This document shows, in pieces, positions 8,564 through 17,029 of a DNA stretch of 64,000 nucleotides. This DNA is from Dehalococcoidia bacterium (GTDB lineage Bacteria > Chloroflexota > Dehalococcoidia > Lucifugimonadales > Lucifugimonadaceae). How positions within the stretch are numbered: the stretch's first letter is position 1; each line of letters opens with the position of its first letter. A program made the position numbers and the translations under genes. Below the pieces are notes generated by a model. It saw only the letters and a list, made by a program, of their open reading frames with translations. It searched no databases and was not told the origin of the DNA. The DNA lies in contig OZ244820.1 in the NCBI GenBank assembly GCA_965220355.1, positions 91,319-155,318 of the forward strand, in the 5' to 3' direction.

Positions 8564-9862
8564 ATGGGACAGCATCAACTCCGCAGGCGTTTCATCGAGC
8601 CGCGCTTGGTCGAAGCGTTGGAAGATTCGCCCGCTGTCTTGATCCAGGGGCCGCGGCAGTGCGGGAAGACGACGCTCGCACAAATGGTGTGCGCGCCCGA
8701 GCATCTTCCAGAACGCGTGTCGCGGATCGGAGATGGCGAAGACCGAGGCTATGGCTATATCTCCTTCGACGATGACGTCGTCCGATTAGCCGCAGAGGCC
8801 GATCCGATGGGATTTATCGCCGAACTCCCGGAGCGTGTCGTGTTAGACGAGATACAGCGCGTACCGAGGCTTTTCACCGGACTGAAGTTGGCACTTGACC
8901 GCCGAAGAACGCCTGGGCGATTCGTTCTGACGGGCTCAACGAACGTGTTGGCGGTACCGACCGTGCAAGACTCACTTGCGGGACGTCTGGAGATGATTCC
9001 GCTGTACCCTTTGGCGCAAAGCGAACTGCACTTGCCAACCCCGACCGAACGCGGGTTCATCGACGCACTGTTCACGGACGGATTCCCAATACGCCAGACT
9101 GAACGGCTGGGAATGACTTTGATCGATCGCATCGTTGCGGGCGGCTACCCTCCGGCACTGGCACGCCCAACCGGGCGACGGCGGGCTAATTGGTACCGCA
9201 ACTTCATCGAGGCTCAGGTTCAGAGGGACGTCGGCGACGTATCGCGCATCCGAGGGCTCACTTCGCTACCGAGGTTGCTCCAGCTCGTCGCCGCGCAGAC
9301 GGCGCGGCTGTTCAATCTCTCCAACCTTTCCGCTCCTTTCCAACTCAGCCGGACCACCATTGGGGACTACGTCGCGCTACTGGAGCGTGTTTACTTGTTG
9401 GAGCTACTGCCGCCTTGGCACAGCAACTTGGGAAAACGTTTGATCAAGACACCCAAAATCCACATCGGCGACACTGGCCTAGCGTCTTCACTGCTAAGGA
9501 TGACGGAGACTGCGTTGCGGGCGAATAGGAGTTTGATGGGCGCGTTGCTGGAAACTTTTGTGTTTCAAGAGCTGCGCAGACAGGCAAGTTGGCATGACGA
9601 CACCATCGAGTTTTTCCACTATCGCGACAAGGATCAGGTGGAGGTCGATGTCGTGATGGAATCAGGTGGCATGGTTGCGGGTGTAGAAGTCAAAGCATCA
9701 TCTACCGTCACGAACTCGGACTTTCGAGGGTTACGCAAATTAAAGAGTGTTTGCGGGTCGAGTTTCGCGGGCGGCGCGGTGCTTTACGACGGCTCGACCT
9801 GCGTCGGCTTTGGCGGCGGAATGTACGCGGTTCCGATCCGGTTGCTCTGGGAAGGGGTTTAA
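8564..9862 (+). CDS. AAA ATPase with DUF4143-type C-terminal PD-(D/E)xK-like domain
   Basis: Walker A is GPRQCGKTTLA and Walker B is VVLDEIQRVP. The C-terminal YRDKDQVEVDVVME...VAGVEVKAS is nuclease-like. ATG at 8564 is preferred to the TTG at 8528, which lies inside the repeat array. Confidence 0.8.
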   Translation: MGQHQLRRRFIEPRLVEALEDSPAVLIQGPRQCGKTTLAQMVCAPEHLPERVSRIGDGEDRGYGYISFDDDVVRLAAEADPMGFIAELPERVVLDEIQRVPRLFTGLKLALDRRRTPGRFVLTGSTNVLAVPTVQDSLAGRLEMIPLYPLAQSELHLPTPTERGFIDALFTDGFPIRQTERLGMTLIDRIVAGGYPPALARPTGRRRANWYRNFIEAQVQRDVGDVSRIRGLTSLPRLLQLVAAQTARLFNLSNLSAPFQLSRTTIGDYVALLERVYLLELLPPWHSNLGKRLIKTPKIHIGDTGLASSLLRMTETALRANRSLMGALLETFVFQELRRQASWHDDTIEFFHYRDKDQVEVDVVMESGGMVAGVEVKASSTVTNSDFRGLRKLKSVCGSSFAGGAVLYDGSTCVGFGGGMYAVPIRLLWEGV

Positions 9863-10635
9863 GAGTTTTGCTTCACCGCAACGATGATCATCCGTCGAGC
9901 GTTCACGGAATAGTTTTCGCCGCGGAAGCCGCCGTAGACGTTTCGGAGGGTTAGGCCGGCGGCGTTGAGCATCCTGATCATCTCGGTGAGGGTGTAGAGG
10001 CGCATGTTGAGGTCGGACATTATGCGGCGGGTGCCGTCGGGTAGTACCTCGGTATAGGTGAGGTGGTTGATGCTCTTCTCGAGGTCGAGGGCGCGGTGCT
10101 CTAGGACAATGCGGCCGTCTTCGTGTTGGTGCCAGTCGTACTCTTCGTTGTTGATGATGACCCATTCCCGGTTCAGGAGGTCCATCATGAGTTTGCCGCC
10201 GGGTTTCAGCGATTTGGCGACTTGGTGGAGCACATGCTGATCTTCATCTTCGGATTCGAGGTAACCAAATGAAGAGAACATGTTGATGATGGCGTCGAAC
10301 CGACTTTCGAAGTTGTCCGGTAGTTGGCGCATGTCGGCTTGACGGAGGGTGAGATCTACCTCGGCCAACGCGGCCTCGGAGCGCGCAATGTCGAGCATTT
10401 CGGCGCTGAGGTCAACGCCGGTCACATCTAATCCGGTTTTTGCGAGCGCGATGCTGTGTCGGCCCTGTCCGCAGCAGAGATCGAGGACGCGATGGTGAGG
10501 TTGGATATCTAGCGCGTGGATCGCGAACTGGGTTTCAAGATCCGTGCGGTCTTGTTGAAGGGTATGGCCGTAGACGCGGAGGTAATCGCCCTTAAAGAAG
10601 CGGACGTACCAAGGGGTTTCGGCGTCGCTAGTCAT
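9859..10635 (-). CDS. class I SAM-dependent methyltransferase
   Basis: VLDLCCGQGRHSIALAKTGLDVTGVDLS is the motif I region. Confidence 0.8.
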   Translation of the reverse strand: MTSDAETPWYVRFFKGDYLRVYGHTLQQDRTDLETQFAIHALDIQPHHRVLDLCCGQGRHSIALAKTGLDVTGVDLSAEMLDIARSEAALAEVDLTLRQADMRQLPDNFESRFDAIINMFSSFGYLESEDEDQHVLHQVAKSLKPGGKLMMDLLNREWVIINNEEYDWHQHEDGRIVLEHRALDLEKSINHLTYTEVLPDGTRRIMSDLNMRLYTLTEMIRMLNAAGLTLRNVYGGFRGENYSVNARRMIIVAVKQNS

Positions 10636-10644
10636 CGCGCACAG

Positions 10645-11325
10645 TTAGTGTAGCGGTTTGGCGTAAACGGTGTTGTCGGCTATGCCGGCGTCGATGTAGG
10701 CTTCGTGACGTTCGCGACACTTGTTGCAGTTGGCGCAGTGAATGATGGTGTCGTTGTCGCCAGAGTTCGGGTTAGAGCATGTGAGCGTGAGATGTAGCGG
10801 GAGCGTTGACGCGTTCGCGGCGAGGATGACCTCTTTGTGCATGTTGCGCATCGGTGCTTCAACCGTGATTTCATGGTCTAAGCCCATGCCATTAGAGTTG
10901 GCGATGCTCTGAAAGAATTCGGGAGTGGCGTCCGGGAAGGGGTTGCCGGCCAAAGAGCCGATGACGATGCGGTGGACGTCGTTGAGGCTGCACCAGATCG
11001 ATGCTAGCGTTATCAGAATGATGTTTCGGCCGGGGATGTAGACGGTTTCGTCGGGTTCTTCGTAACCGGGGACGGTTTCGCCGGACATCGTCCAATGGGA
11101 AGCGCCGTAGAGGGTTTTAACCGGTAGCGAGAGCGTCGTAACGGGCTTGACGTTCGGGTTATCCAGCGCCGCGATGAAATCCTGGAGCATCCTCTTTTCT
11201 GCCCATTCCCACGGGATGCCGGTCTCGACGTAGATCGGGTATGCAATCCCTTGTTCTGCTTCGTTGGCTAGGAGGATGCAGCTATCCATGCCGCCGCTTG
11301 CGAGAACCGCGGTGGGGAGTTTCAC
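10645..11325 (-). CDS. queC: 7-cyano-7-deazaguanine synthase-like (QueC/ExsB family)
   Basis: The product has the SGGMDS PP-loop, IPGRN, and a C-terminal Cys cluster CSNP...HCANCNKC. A GTG start at 11325 forms a GTGA overlap with the queD stop. The ORF-track start at 11382 overlaps queD by 61 nt. Confidence 0.7.
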   Translation of the reverse strand: MKLPTAVLASGGMDSCILLANEAEQGIAYPIYVETGIPWEWAEKRMLQDFIAALDNPNVKPVTTLSLPVKTLYGASHWTMSGETVPGYEEPDETVYIPGRNIILITLASIWCSLNDVHRIVIGSLAGNPFPDATPEFFQSIANSNGMGLDHEITVEAPMRNMHKEVILAANASTLPLHLTLTCSNPNSGDNDTIIHCANCNKCRERHEAYIDAGIADNTVYAKPLH

Positions 11326-11747
11326 GATGGGTGTCCGTTTTTGTCGGCGCGGTATGTAGCGTACGAGTTGGGAGTCTCCCACAACCGGATCTCGGATATG
11401 CGAAGGGATTCGGACGATGTCATGTCGTGAATATGTGCGGCGATGTTCTCGGCGGTTGGGTTACGGTCGATGGTGTAGTGCGCTTCCCCGAGTTCTGCGA
11501 GCACTGGCACAAGCGGGTCGTCACGATGGAGTATCATCCGGTGGTCGAGATTGTCGTCGATCCACGTCTTCACTATGTCTTTGACGTCTGAGAAGTCGAC
11601 GACCATACCGCGGTAGTCGGTCTCTTCCGACTCGATATCCACCTCCACACGTCCGTTATGTCCGTGAAGGTGACGACATTCTCCCTCATAGTCGAGTAGT
11701 CGATGACCGTAGCAGAAGTCGATGACCCTGGTTACTTTGTATGCCAA
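11322..11747 (-). CDS. queD: 6-carboxy-5,6,7,8-tetrahydropterin synthase / 6-pyruvoyl-tetrahydropterin synthase family
   Basis: The motif CRHLHGHNGRV (Cx3HGH) is present in a 141-aa product. Confidence 0.8.
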   Translation of the reverse strand: MAYKVTRVIDFCYGHRLLDYEGECRHLHGHNGRVEVDIESEETDYRGMVVDFSDVKDIVKTWIDDNLDHRMILHRDDPLVPVLAELGEAHYTIDRNPTAENIAAHIHDMTSSESLRISEIRLWETPNSYATYRADKNGHPS

Positions 11748-11750
11748 CGG

Positions 11751-12509
11751 TTAAACGCCTCTGATGTGCCGACCTGAGTCAACCCTGACTATCTCGCCAG
11801 TGATTGACGAAGTGCGCAGTAGCGTGGCGATGATTTCCGCGATGTCGTTAACTGAAGATTCCAACTGCAAGGGGGCCTTGGCAACGATGTCGCGGTTCCA
11901 AATGGCGGGTGTAATCTCGGGTGGCCGCATCGTCGGACCTGGCGCGACGGCGTTGACTCTGACTCCGAAGTTTGCGACTTCGGCGGCAAGGGCCCGCGTC
12001 ATGAAGTGGATCGAAGCTTTGGCAGTCAGGTACGGCAGATAGTCGGTGTAAGGGGTCTCTTCGGCGGCCCAATCGCCGAACATGATGATGTGGCCCCGGT
12101 TGGGCCCAGGGTTTCTCCGCATTTCGCGGGCGGCGTGCAGCCCGATGAGGTACGATCCCTTGGCCGTTGCCATCGCCTGATCCCACGAGGCGCCATCTAG
12201 GGAATCGAAGGGCGCGTACGGATAGTCAGACGCGAGGTTAACGACGTAATTGAGGCCGCCCAGGGCTCCGATGGTCTCTTTGATCGCTCCGATAACTTGG
12301 TGCTCGTGGCTAAGGTCTGCTTGAATGAGAGCGGTATCGACGGTCGTAATGGAATCGGCGAGTTGCTGCGCTTCGGCTGCGCTGCTCCGGTAGGCGATTG
12401 CGATGTTTATGCCGTCCTCTGCGAGGCGACGGGCGACCACCTGGCCGACGCGCTTGGCTCCGATAATCAGAGCTGCTTTTGGCCTGGTTGGCTGCGTTGG
12501 ATCGAGCAT
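11751..12509 (-). CDS. SDR family oxidoreductase (pteridine-reductase-like)
   Basis: The N-terminus ALIIGAKRVGQVVARRL is a Rossmann motif and the length is typical of an SDR. The gene is co-oriented and adjacent to queD. Confidence 0.75.
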   Translation of the reverse strand: MLDPTQPTRPKAALIIGAKRVGQVVARRLAEDGINIAIAYRSSAAEAQQLADSITTVDTALIQADLSHEHQVIGAIKETIGALGGLNYVVNLASDYPYAPFDSLDGASWDQAMATAKGSYLIGLHAAREMRRNPGPNRGHIIMFGDWAAEETPYTDYLPYLTAKASIHFMTRALAAEVANFGVRVNAVAPGPTMRPPEITPAIWNRDIVAKAPLQLESSVNDIAEIIATLLRTSSITGEIVRVDSGRHIRGV

Positions 12510-12518
12510 TATCGGTGG

Positions 12519-12608
12519 TGGCGGAGGGGACAGGATTCGAACCTGCGGTCACTGTGAAGTGACACTGGTTTTCAAAACCAGCGCATTAAACCGCTCTGCC
12601 ACCCCTCC
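12519..12608 (-). tRNA. tRNA-Ser (anticodon UGA), CCA-encoded, long variable arm
   Basis: The reverse complement reads GGAGGGGTGGCAGAGCGGTTTAATGCGCTGGTTTTGAAAACCAGTGTCACTTCACAGTGACCGCAGGTTCGAATCCTGTCCCCTCCGCCA. The anticodon stem CTGGT/ACCAG encloses the loop TTTGAAA, which gives anticodon TGA. Confidence 0.9.
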
Positions 12609-12640
12609 GTTAACTTTGAATTGGTTAGATTACTTCGATT

Positions 12641-13465
12641 CTAATGCTGGCACGCGGGGCAATAGTATGCGGTTCTGCCGGCGATGCGGCGCGAACTGAC
12701 GGGGTTGCCGCAGTCCGGGCAGGCCGAATTAGGCGAGCGTTGAACACGCATCCGCTCGTCATACGCGTCGACGACGTACGGGCTGCCGTCTTCGCTCGGA
12801 TGCGTCGAGATGAACTCGATGGCGTGCTCCAAGACGGCGATGATAGACGCGTGCAGATTGACGAGCCGTGCGACGCTGATGCGGTTGCAACGTCGCAAAG
12901 GCGAGATCCCGGTGCGATGGAGGGATTCGTCGGCGTAGATGTTGCCGACGCCGGCGATCAGGCTCTGGTCTAGCAGCGTCGATTTGATGCGCGAACGTTT
13001 CGCCCGAAGCTTTGCCGCGAACTCGTCGGCGTTGACGTCCCATGGATCTGGCGCGAGTCGTGGGAACGCTTTTGATGCATCGTCTACGCACCACAACCGG
13101 GCCCATCGGCGAGAATCGTTAAGCTCAATGCGACGTCCGTCGTTCAAGTAGAACGCTGCTCTGCGATATCTGACGGCGGCTTCGTTGGAGTTTCGGACGT
13201 GAAGTGAACCTGTCATGCCCATGTGCAGGACCAGATGCGATGTTGTATCACGCCCGTTCGTCATTGGTGATACAAGGTATTTGCCGCGACGATGCAATGG
13301 CCCGATCTGTTTGTTAGAGACGCCGTTGGCGAAGGCTTCGATGTCGGCGGATGGTGCGGCGACGCTGTCGGGCCATCCGATCTCAACGCGTTCGATGCGC
13401 TTTCCTTCGACGCCGCGCGAAACCAAGTAGCGACGGATAGATTCGATTTCGGGGAGTTCGGGCAT
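12641..13465 (-). CDS. mutM: formamidopyrimidine-DNA glycosylase
   Basis: The N-terminus is MPELPEIE. A C-terminal zinc finger reads CPDCGNPV...YYCPACQ. Confidence 0.9.
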   Translation of the reverse strand: MPELPEIESIRRYLVSRGVEGKRIERVEIGWPDSVAAPSADIEAFANGVSNKQIGPLHRRGKYLVSPMTNGRDTTSHLVLHMGMTGSLHVRNSNEAAVRYRRAAFYLNDGRRIELNDSRRWARLWCVDDASKAFPRLAPDPWDVNADEFAAKLRAKRSRIKSTLLDQSLIAGVGNIYADESLHRTGISPLRRCNRISVARLVNLHASIIAVLEHAIEFISTHPSEDGSPYVVDAYDERMRVQRSPNSACPDCGNPVSSRRIAGRTAYYCPACQH

Positions 13466-13545
13466 CGAATTCGCTCGCCCGCAAGACTTCTGTCGACCGA
13501 TGGAATTGAGTTAACGTGGGTTAAGAAACGTAGATCGGCGACGGG

Positions 13546-13812
13546 TCAATCGTCGGATGAAGCGAAACCTATCGCGCGCCGGTTGGTCTCGATTAGATTG
13601 CGGTTGGATTCGAGCAGGTCGTGGAGGATATCTCGGATCTCGTGCAGTTGATCTTCGAGACGGTCCATGCGCGCTTCAAAGCGATCCATTCTTGCGTTGG
13701 CTGCCAATCCTGTCTGAGTCAACTTCAACAGTGCGTCAGTCACGATGACTTTGAAGTCGGCGACCTCGTCTTTGGTCACCAAATCGTTATGAGTGTGTTC
13801 AGCGGTTGTCAT
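13546..13812 (-). CDS. small coiled-coil hypothetical protein
   Basis: The internal ATG (MTTAEHTHNDLVTKDEV...) avoids overlap with the upstream gene. The sequence is heptad-rich (RMDRFEARMDRLEDQLHEIRDIL). Confidence 0.4.
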   Translation of the reverse strand: MTTAEHTHNDLVTKDEVADFKVIVTDALLKLTQTGLAANARMDRFEARMDRLEDQLHEIRDILHDLLESNRNLIETNRRAIGFASSDD

Positions 13813-13897
13813 AAGCAAGTGAAATGTAGCGGGTTTGCTTTGGATGCTACATGACGCGGATTTACGCGGGACAATGTGGCCATCGTTGGTTGATGCG

Positions 13898-15025
13898 TCA
13901 TTGGCCCGCCTGCCCGCGCCGTCCGGCGCCACGCACGAAGCCTGTGCCACCATCGCCAAGTAGCGATTCCGGTCCAGCTACGATGTTGCGAGCTTGTACG
14001 GCACCACCTTCTTCCGGACCGATCACGATCGCAGCCATTCCTTCGGTTAGATCCGAGACAATCCCATTGGATGTTGAGGTGATAACTGATTCGTCGTTGA
14101 CCGTCAGCCTCAGGGTGCCTTGGTCAGTTTCGAGGTGGATCATGTCCCCCTCGATTGTGGAGATACTGCCTTCCACGCTCGAAATGTTCATGTCGTCTCC
14201 CCCGAAGATCGCTGCGCCTGCACCTCGGCCCAGACCGAAACCTCCACCTCGAACGTCCGGTACAACGCCCAGAGTGACGATGTTGATTTTGCCGCCTTCG
14301 CCACGTTGGACGGCTCCTGCAACGGTGTCTCCCTCCGAGAGATCGGCAATCGTGAGTTCGCTAATGAGGGTTATGTTCGTTTCTTCGCTGACCTGAACGT
14401 CGGTTGTTAGTCCGCTGTCATCGGTATGTTCTACGGTTAGTGCGGATCCGACGATAGACGATATCTTGCCTTGGACGGGTTGGAAGCCGAAACCTCCTTC
14501 GCCACCGCCGGGCGGACCTACACCGGCGTCGGCCAACAACTCTTGCATCAGTTCCCTGAGGCGAGCCTGATCTGCTTGAGACATATCGCCTGTCTGTGCT
14601 TTCTGGATGAGTTCGGCGATTTCCGGGTTGCTTTCGATGGCTTCCTGAATGGCCTGGAAGTTGCCGCCTCCGGGGCCACCAGCTCCGCCACGACCTTCGC
14701 CGGCGACTTCGACAGTTGCGACCACCTGCGCCTCGTCGACGTCGATTCGGGTTTCGATATCTGGAGCCTCGTCGGACGAGACTTTCTCAACGGATACGGA
14801 TGTAGACACTACGACCATTTTGGGCGATGTCTCGTTGCTTTCGGCTCGCGTCCTAGTGGTTTCGTTTCTTGCGCTAGGCGTGGGAAGGTCGCTTTCCGAC
14901 GCGATTTGAATCGTCTCGTCGCCCTGACCCCCGTCGGACGGATCGACGAATAGGATGGCAACCACGCCTATGCCAATGCCGACGAGCACCACGATGGCGA
15001 GGAGAATTGCAAATGGGCTTTTCAT
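13898..15025 (-). CDS. membrane-anchored extracytoplasmic protein with two ~70-aa beta-rich repeats and Gly-rich linkers
   Basis: The N-terminal transmembrane segment is MKSPFAILLAIVVLVGIGIGVVAILFV. Two internal repeats occur: GKISSIVGSALTVEHTDDSGLTTDVQV... and GSISTIEGDMIHLETDQGTLRLTV.... It is the last gene of the MacAB-like operon. Confidence 0.6.
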   Translation of the reverse strand: MKSPFAILLAIVVLVGIGIGVVAILFVDPSDGGQGDETIQIASESDLPTPSARNETTRTRAESNETSPKMVVVSTSVSVEKVSSDEAPDIETRIDVDEAQVVATVEVAGEGRGGAGGPGGGNFQAIQEAIESNPEIAELIQKAQTGDMSQADQARLRELMQELLADAGVGPPGGGEGGFGFQPVQGKISSIVGSALTVEHTDDSGLTTDVQVSEETNITLISELTIADLSEGDTVAGAVQRGEGGKINIVTLGVVPDVRGGGFGLGRGAGAAIFGGDDMNISSVEGSISTIEGDMIHLETDQGTLRLTVNDESVITSTSNGIVSDLTEGMAAIVIGPEEGGAVQARNIVAGPESLLGDGGTGFVRGAGRRGQAGQ

Positions 15026-15055
15026 TTCAAGTCACCATGTTTTTCTGAGATTCGG

Positions 15056-16255
15056 TTATTCGTAGCGGAGGGCCTCGATCGGGTTGAGTCGCGCAGCTCT
15101 GACCGCGGGGTATATGCCGAAGAAAAGACCAACTGCGATCGAGACGACCATAGCGATGATAGGGATGTCACTAGTGACGCGTGTCGACCACTCGGTTCCG
15201 ATCAAGAAACGCCCGTCGATCCCGGTTGCGAGAGCGACACCCGAGATGACCCCGATAATGCCGCCGCCGAAGGTTAGGAACACGGCCTCTGTCACGAATT
15301 GTGCGACGATATCGCGTCGCTTAGCGCCCATAGCCTGTCGAATACCGATCTCGCGGGTGCGCTCGGTAACGGATACCAGCATTATGTTCATAATGCCGAT
15401 GCCGCCAACGAGCAACGAAATACCGGCAACCGTGCCGAGAAACACGACCAGCGTTTGGTTCGCTTCGTCGAAGGTCTCGAGAATCTCCTGCTGGTTGAAG
15501 ACGGTGAAATCGTCGGCCTCGGTTATTCGATGGCTGAGCCGCAGCACTGTTTCGATCTCTTCGATAGCTTGATCAACCGACTCGACGTCGCGCACCTGGA
15601 TGGAAATCTGGTCGACGCTGATGGTCCCGCCCGAGACACGTTCGCGCGCCAAGCGGTACGACGCGGTGGTTATCGGTATCAAGGCTTGGTCGTCCATTGA
15701 TCCGAAGCCGCTCTGGTTGGCGAGAACGCCAATGATCCGGAAACGTCTGCCGTTGATTCGGATCAACGCCCCTGTAGGGTCCTGATTACCGAACAGGGCC
15801 TCCGACACTTGAGCACCTAAAACGACTACTTCGGCCAGTGCCTCGACATGCGGGGCGCCGATGAAGGTACCTGTCGCCATCTCCAAATTGCGGACCTGTA
15901 AAAACTCGGGGGTAATTCCTGCCAAGGATGCCTGTGTGGTGTTGTTGTCGATGTGTATCGTGCCGAACGTGCCGATCTGCGGCGCGACAGCTTTGATGGA
16001 CGGCGTGTAGAGCGGATCTCGGAGCGCGTCCACATCGGCCAAGGTGAGAGGTTCTCCAGTTGGTATCACCGTCAACAGGTTGCTGCCGAGTCCTTGAATC
16101 AGTTCGGTGATGCGGTCGGTCGAGCCGCGGCCAATCGACATCAGCGTGATGACGGAGCAGACGCCGAGCACGATGCCGAGAAGCGCCAATGCCGCCCGCA
16201 ATCGATTCGCGGTGAGCGAGTAGATCGATGTGCGGACTATGTCGAATGGGGACAT
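15056..16255 (-). CDS. ABC transporter permease, MacB/FtsX type
   Basis: The 399-aa product has an N-terminal transmembrane segment, a large extracytoplasmic domain and a C-terminal FtsX-like 3-TM bundle. It is adjacent to a LolD/MacB-type ATPase. Confidence 0.85.
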   Translation of the reverse strand: MSPFDIVRTSIYSLTANRLRAALALLGIVLGVCSVITLMSIGRGSTDRITELIQGLGSNLLTVIPTGEPLTLADVDALRDPLYTPSIKAVAPQIGTFGTIHIDNNTTQASLAGITPEFLQVRNLEMATGTFIGAPHVEALAEVVVLGAQVSEALFGNQDPTGALIRINGRRFRIIGVLANQSGFGSMDDQALIPITTASYRLARERVSGGTISVDQISIQVRDVESVDQAIEEIETVLRLSHRITEADDFTVFNQQEILETFDEANQTLVVFLGTVAGISLLVGGIGIMNIMLVSVTERTREIGIRQAMGAKRRDIVAQFVTEAVFLTFGGGIIGVISGVALATGIDGRFLIGTEWSTRVTSDIPIIAMVVSIAVGLFFGIYPAVRAARLNPIEALRYE

Positions 16256-16270
16256 CGTACGTTTGCGGCG

Positions 16271-16990
16271 TTAACCGACCGGCTCGTGCATCTCCGTTGC
16301 ATCGCTGACCACTCGACCGTCGCTCAGGGTAATCACGCGGTCGGCGCGGGCAGCGACATCTCGTTCATGCGTGACGATGATGACGGTGATGCCGTTATGG
16401 TGGTTCAAGTCAGAGATGATCTGCAAGATCTCAACGGTGTTGGTCGTGTCGAGGTTGCCAGTGGGTTCATCGGCGAGCAAAATCGATGGCTCTTTCACTA
16501 ACGCGCGGGCGATACCTACCCGTTGCTGCTGTCCGCCGGACAGCTCCGTCGGGCGATGACCCATGCGGTCGGCCAATCCGACTAGTCCGAGTGCTTGTTC
16601 GGCGCGTTCGCGCCTGTTGGCCCAACGGCCGTACATCATCGGCAACTCAACGTTCGCTAGCGCGGTGAGACGCGGCAGAAGATTGTTGGTCTGGAACACG
16701 AACCCGACTTTTCGGCTGCGAATGTCGGCGAGCCGGTCGTTGGACATCGCTTCAATCTCCTGCCCATCGATGTGGTAACTCCCGTCGGTTGGGACGTCGA
16801 GGCAACCGATGATGTTCATCAAAGTTGACTTGCCAGACCCCGAAGCGCCCATGATGGCAACGAATTCGCCTTCGTGAACGTCCATCGATACTCCATCGAG
16901 CGCGCGGACTTGGATGGTCCCCATGTCGTAAATCTTCGTGACGTCACGTATGCGGATTACGGGTTCGTCGGTGTTGGATCTGCTGTACAT
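16271..16990 (-). CDS. ABC transporter ATP-binding protein (MacB/LolD family)
   Basis: Walker A is GASGSGKST, the signature is LSGGQQQR and Walker B is ILLADEPT. Confidence 0.9.
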   Translation of the reverse strand: MYSRSNTDEPVIRIRDVTKIYDMGTIQVRALDGVSMDVHEGEFVAIMGASGSGKSTLMNIIGCLDVPTDGSYHIDGQEIEAMSNDRLADIRSRKVGFVFQTNNLLPRLTALANVELPMMYGRWANRRERAEQALGLVGLADRMGHRPTELSGGQQQRVGIARALVKEPSILLADEPTGNLDTTNTVEILQIISDLNHHNGITVIIVTHERDVAARADRVITLSDGRVVSDATEMHEPVG

Positions 16991-17029
16991 TTTTGGCTTG
17001 CGCCGATGAGTTCTCGTGTTCCACGACTT

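Noticed and set aside
12519-12608. Possible tRNA-Sec (long variable arm), which would have supported the selenoprotein call
   Set aside because: The anticodon loop reads TTTGAAA, giving anticodon UGA (Ser, codon UCA), not UCA. The acceptor and T arms look like a standard class II tRNA-Ser.
13851-14953. Plus-strand ORFs 13851..14396, 14120..14410 and 14471..14953
   Set aside because: They are antisense to the 375-aa minus-strand gene, which has a signal anchor and internal repeats. Their translations are Pro/Ser/Arg-rich.
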